64,000 nucleotides of DNA from Spirogloea muscicola (lineage: Eukaryota). The notes under the pieces are model-generated. The model was not told where the DNA came from and ran no database searches. It was given only the letters and a program-made list of their open reading frames with translations. The stretch is taken from contig WELB01000013.1 of assembly GCA_009602725.1 (NCBI GenBank), positions 662,593-726,592 of the forward strand, in the 5' to 3' direction. A program made the position numbers and the translations under genes. This document shows, one piece after another, positions 61,791 to 64,000 of the stretch (its first letter is position 1; each line of letters opens with the position of its first letter).

Positions 61791-64000
61791 ACCTCTTGTC
61801 AGTAGATGCAAGTCGAAATAACTAGCAGGCGGATATGTCGCCCTGACGGAAGCCGGAGGCCGCTGCCAAAGCAGGCCTGCGCGCAAGTGAACCGCGAAGG
61901 CAAGGGACCGCTGCAAAGAGATGGCCAAGCGCATCCGAAGACCTGAGCGAGGGACCCGGTGACATTGAAGCCAGGCTGCTCGCCCTGCTGCCCGTGGCGG
62001 CGGGCCACTGCTCGCCGCGCAAGGCGGTGAAGCAGGTCAAGCCATTTGTGCCAAAGGCTCCGTGTACGTCGACTACGAGTGGGACAAACTCGTCGCCCAC
62101 GGGGTAATCCGAGTCTTTCCGTTCCTTTGCGCCCGCCGCTTGGCGGACTGTGTAGCCCGCCAACTTCGACGAGCGTATGGTGTTCCTGGAATCAAAGCAG
62201 TCAGTCGTGACGACGTCGGCGATGAGCCGAGGCCCCCCGCCGAGCGCGCTGGCGACGAGATCGGCACGCCGGGTGTTGAGGTGGCCATCCGCCCTAGCCG
62301 TCGGAGGCATGATGCTGGAGTCCTCGAGCGCCACCACGTAACCGGCCTCGACAAAAACGCCGAACACGGCGATACAGGGCAGGTCGTGTGTGCCGGTCCG
62401 CTCCCCGCCCCGCGCGCACCTGATCATATGAGCTGCCAACGATGCCGCGTCTGGGCTGCGCTCACCGCACTTGCACTGCTGTATTCCACCTAGGCAAGGT
62501 GGGTGGAGGCCGAGTAGGCGGTGCACAGCCGTGCGGTATGCGTCGTCCAGCATCCGGAGCACGTCGTGGATCGGCAGGGCTGACAACCAAGCTGCCGCCC
62601 CTGGTGAGGATGCCGAGAACAGCCGCATGCGCCCCCGGAGGTCGTCCGGAGGCAAAAAGCCCCACGGCTGTGGTGAAGGAGGCCGCATCTACCTCCGCCA
62701 TGTAGCGAGCTTGGGCCCGGAGGTCGGCCGTGCGCGCGAGGTGCGCGAACGAGACGGCCCGTGGCACCAGGGCGGGGTGATCCGCAAGCAGCACATCCCC
62801 GGCGGAGCGGAGAGCCGCCTGGAATGGCAGCATACCGGTCTCCACGTCCGATGCCGCGTGCTCCAGGAGGCGACCCCATGCCGGACGAAACGCTGGGCCA
62901 CCGAAGCCGCAACCTGCGCCCAACTCCCCAGGTGTGCTGCCTGGCAGGCACGAGCCAGCGGACGGCAGCCCAGACCCCCGCGGCTCACAGGCAGGGAGGC
63001 CTGCTGAACTGCAGCCGGCGTCTCCAGGAAGGCCGGGTGTTGGACCAGGGCCGCTGTGCTGGCCAGGACACCTGCATCAAAGGTTGCATAGACGGCGTGC
63101 ACCGCCGGGGAGGGGGGAAGGGCTCGAGCCAGGTACAGGGGACGTTGGGCAATGCTGCGGGTCAGTATGGCGAGCGCCAGCTGCATATCGTGCAGCTCAG
63201 GGAGGCGGGCCGCCGGCTTGAGGTGCTCCTGCAGCTTGCCGCGCAGCTGCTCGTCAACGAAGGCAGGTGAGCCCATGGAACCCCGAGGAGTGTGAGGCCC
63301 CCGGCTGGTGTTTGACAGCCAGTGGGCAGGCGGAAAGAATGCGGCGGAGGAGGGCTGGCAAGCCCTGAGGGGACCAAGCTCTACACTTTGACGCTCGAAT
63401 TTCCAGGCCGATCTCCTGCAGCTGCTCCTCGAGGGTGGCGAAGGCAGCCAGGACCTCTGGTTGCCCGACCAGGGTGGTGTCGTCCGCATACGTGGGCATG
63501 AGGACGCCCGGGTGAGCAGCTGCCGTGGCCTTCAGGGCGCGGTCGTGGGCCAGCGCACAGAAAGCAGTTGTCCATGGGGGGCGGGCTTCCCTTGACTTGC
63601 ACCCCAAGTGGGTGGTGTTGGCGGTGGACGTCCGCAATGCCTTTAACTGCGTCGACCGCGCCGATGTCGCCGAGGAGCTCCGTGCGGCCTTCCCCGCCCT
63701 GCTGCTGTTTTTCCGGCTGGGCTACGGCCAGCCCAGTGATATCCTATGGCGGCATGGAACCAGAGGAGTGGAGGTCCTCCAGTCTTCCACGGGCACGCGT
63801 CAGGGGACCCGCTGGCGGGGTTTTTATTTCCCGCCGCTCCGCAGGCCTGCGCCATATTGGTGCGGCGCCAGGTGCGTCTGGGCCGCATCGGCGTGCTGCT
63901 GCCAAAGTGCCCGTCCCACCAGGCGGTACAGGACCTCGCCAATGGCAATGGGGCGGACGCCGCCATTGTCCTTGCTGAGGGCCAGCAGGGTGCTGGCACA
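61785..64000 (-). mobile_element. Decayed non-LTR retrotransposon, RT + restriction-like endonuclease (CRE/R2-group), continuing beyond the window
   Basis: RT motifs KDNGGVRPIAIGE, HQYG, DVRNAFN, QG(D)PL and YADD (63479-63490); LPVSRGGLG; zinc knuckle CKCG..HMIRC; THD, RRADL, ADV, KERK, FVPLVVDVHG. Multiple frameshifts. Confidence 0.9.

Noticed and set aside
61285..61800. Recurring LLTRGY-encoding motif as a CRISPR-like array
   Set aside because: Irregular spacing, diverged copies, no cas genes and eukaryotic context; explained as retroelement tails.

Overview
Eukaryotic, intron-rich, gene-dense nuclear DNA from a green plant lineage. Gene content and protein similarity suggest a streptophyte alga; this is inference and the species was not determined. 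Fourteen protein-coding genes can be read: SCD1-like DENN/WD40, a SCEP1-like coiled-coil protein, a DUSP ubiquitin protease, COX5C, a CREST-like membrane protein, WAV2/ABHD13, FTHFS, FAH, plastid RPL4, MOS11/Tho1-like, organellar ValRS, SP1-like RING E3, DHX34-like helicase and a Cys-GST. They alternate in orientation almost strictly, forming six head-to-head pairs. Their 5' ends are extremely GC-rich and all five N-gaps sit there. The right end holds a decayed RLE-type (CRE-like) non-LTR retrotransposon with a clean internal inversion in its RT. The most striking unexplained pattern is that short 3' ends of this retroelement family (coding tail ...LLTRGY* plus a conserved GGCTGG-loop-CCAGCC hairpin) occupy many intergenic regions, often just upstream of and co-oriented with host genes. 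Also seen: a U12-type intron, about 8 GC-AG donors, strand-biased telomere-like tracts in introns and a Harbinger-like MITE. Gene names rest on recalled family motifs, not database searches, and exon boundaries were checked only in part.
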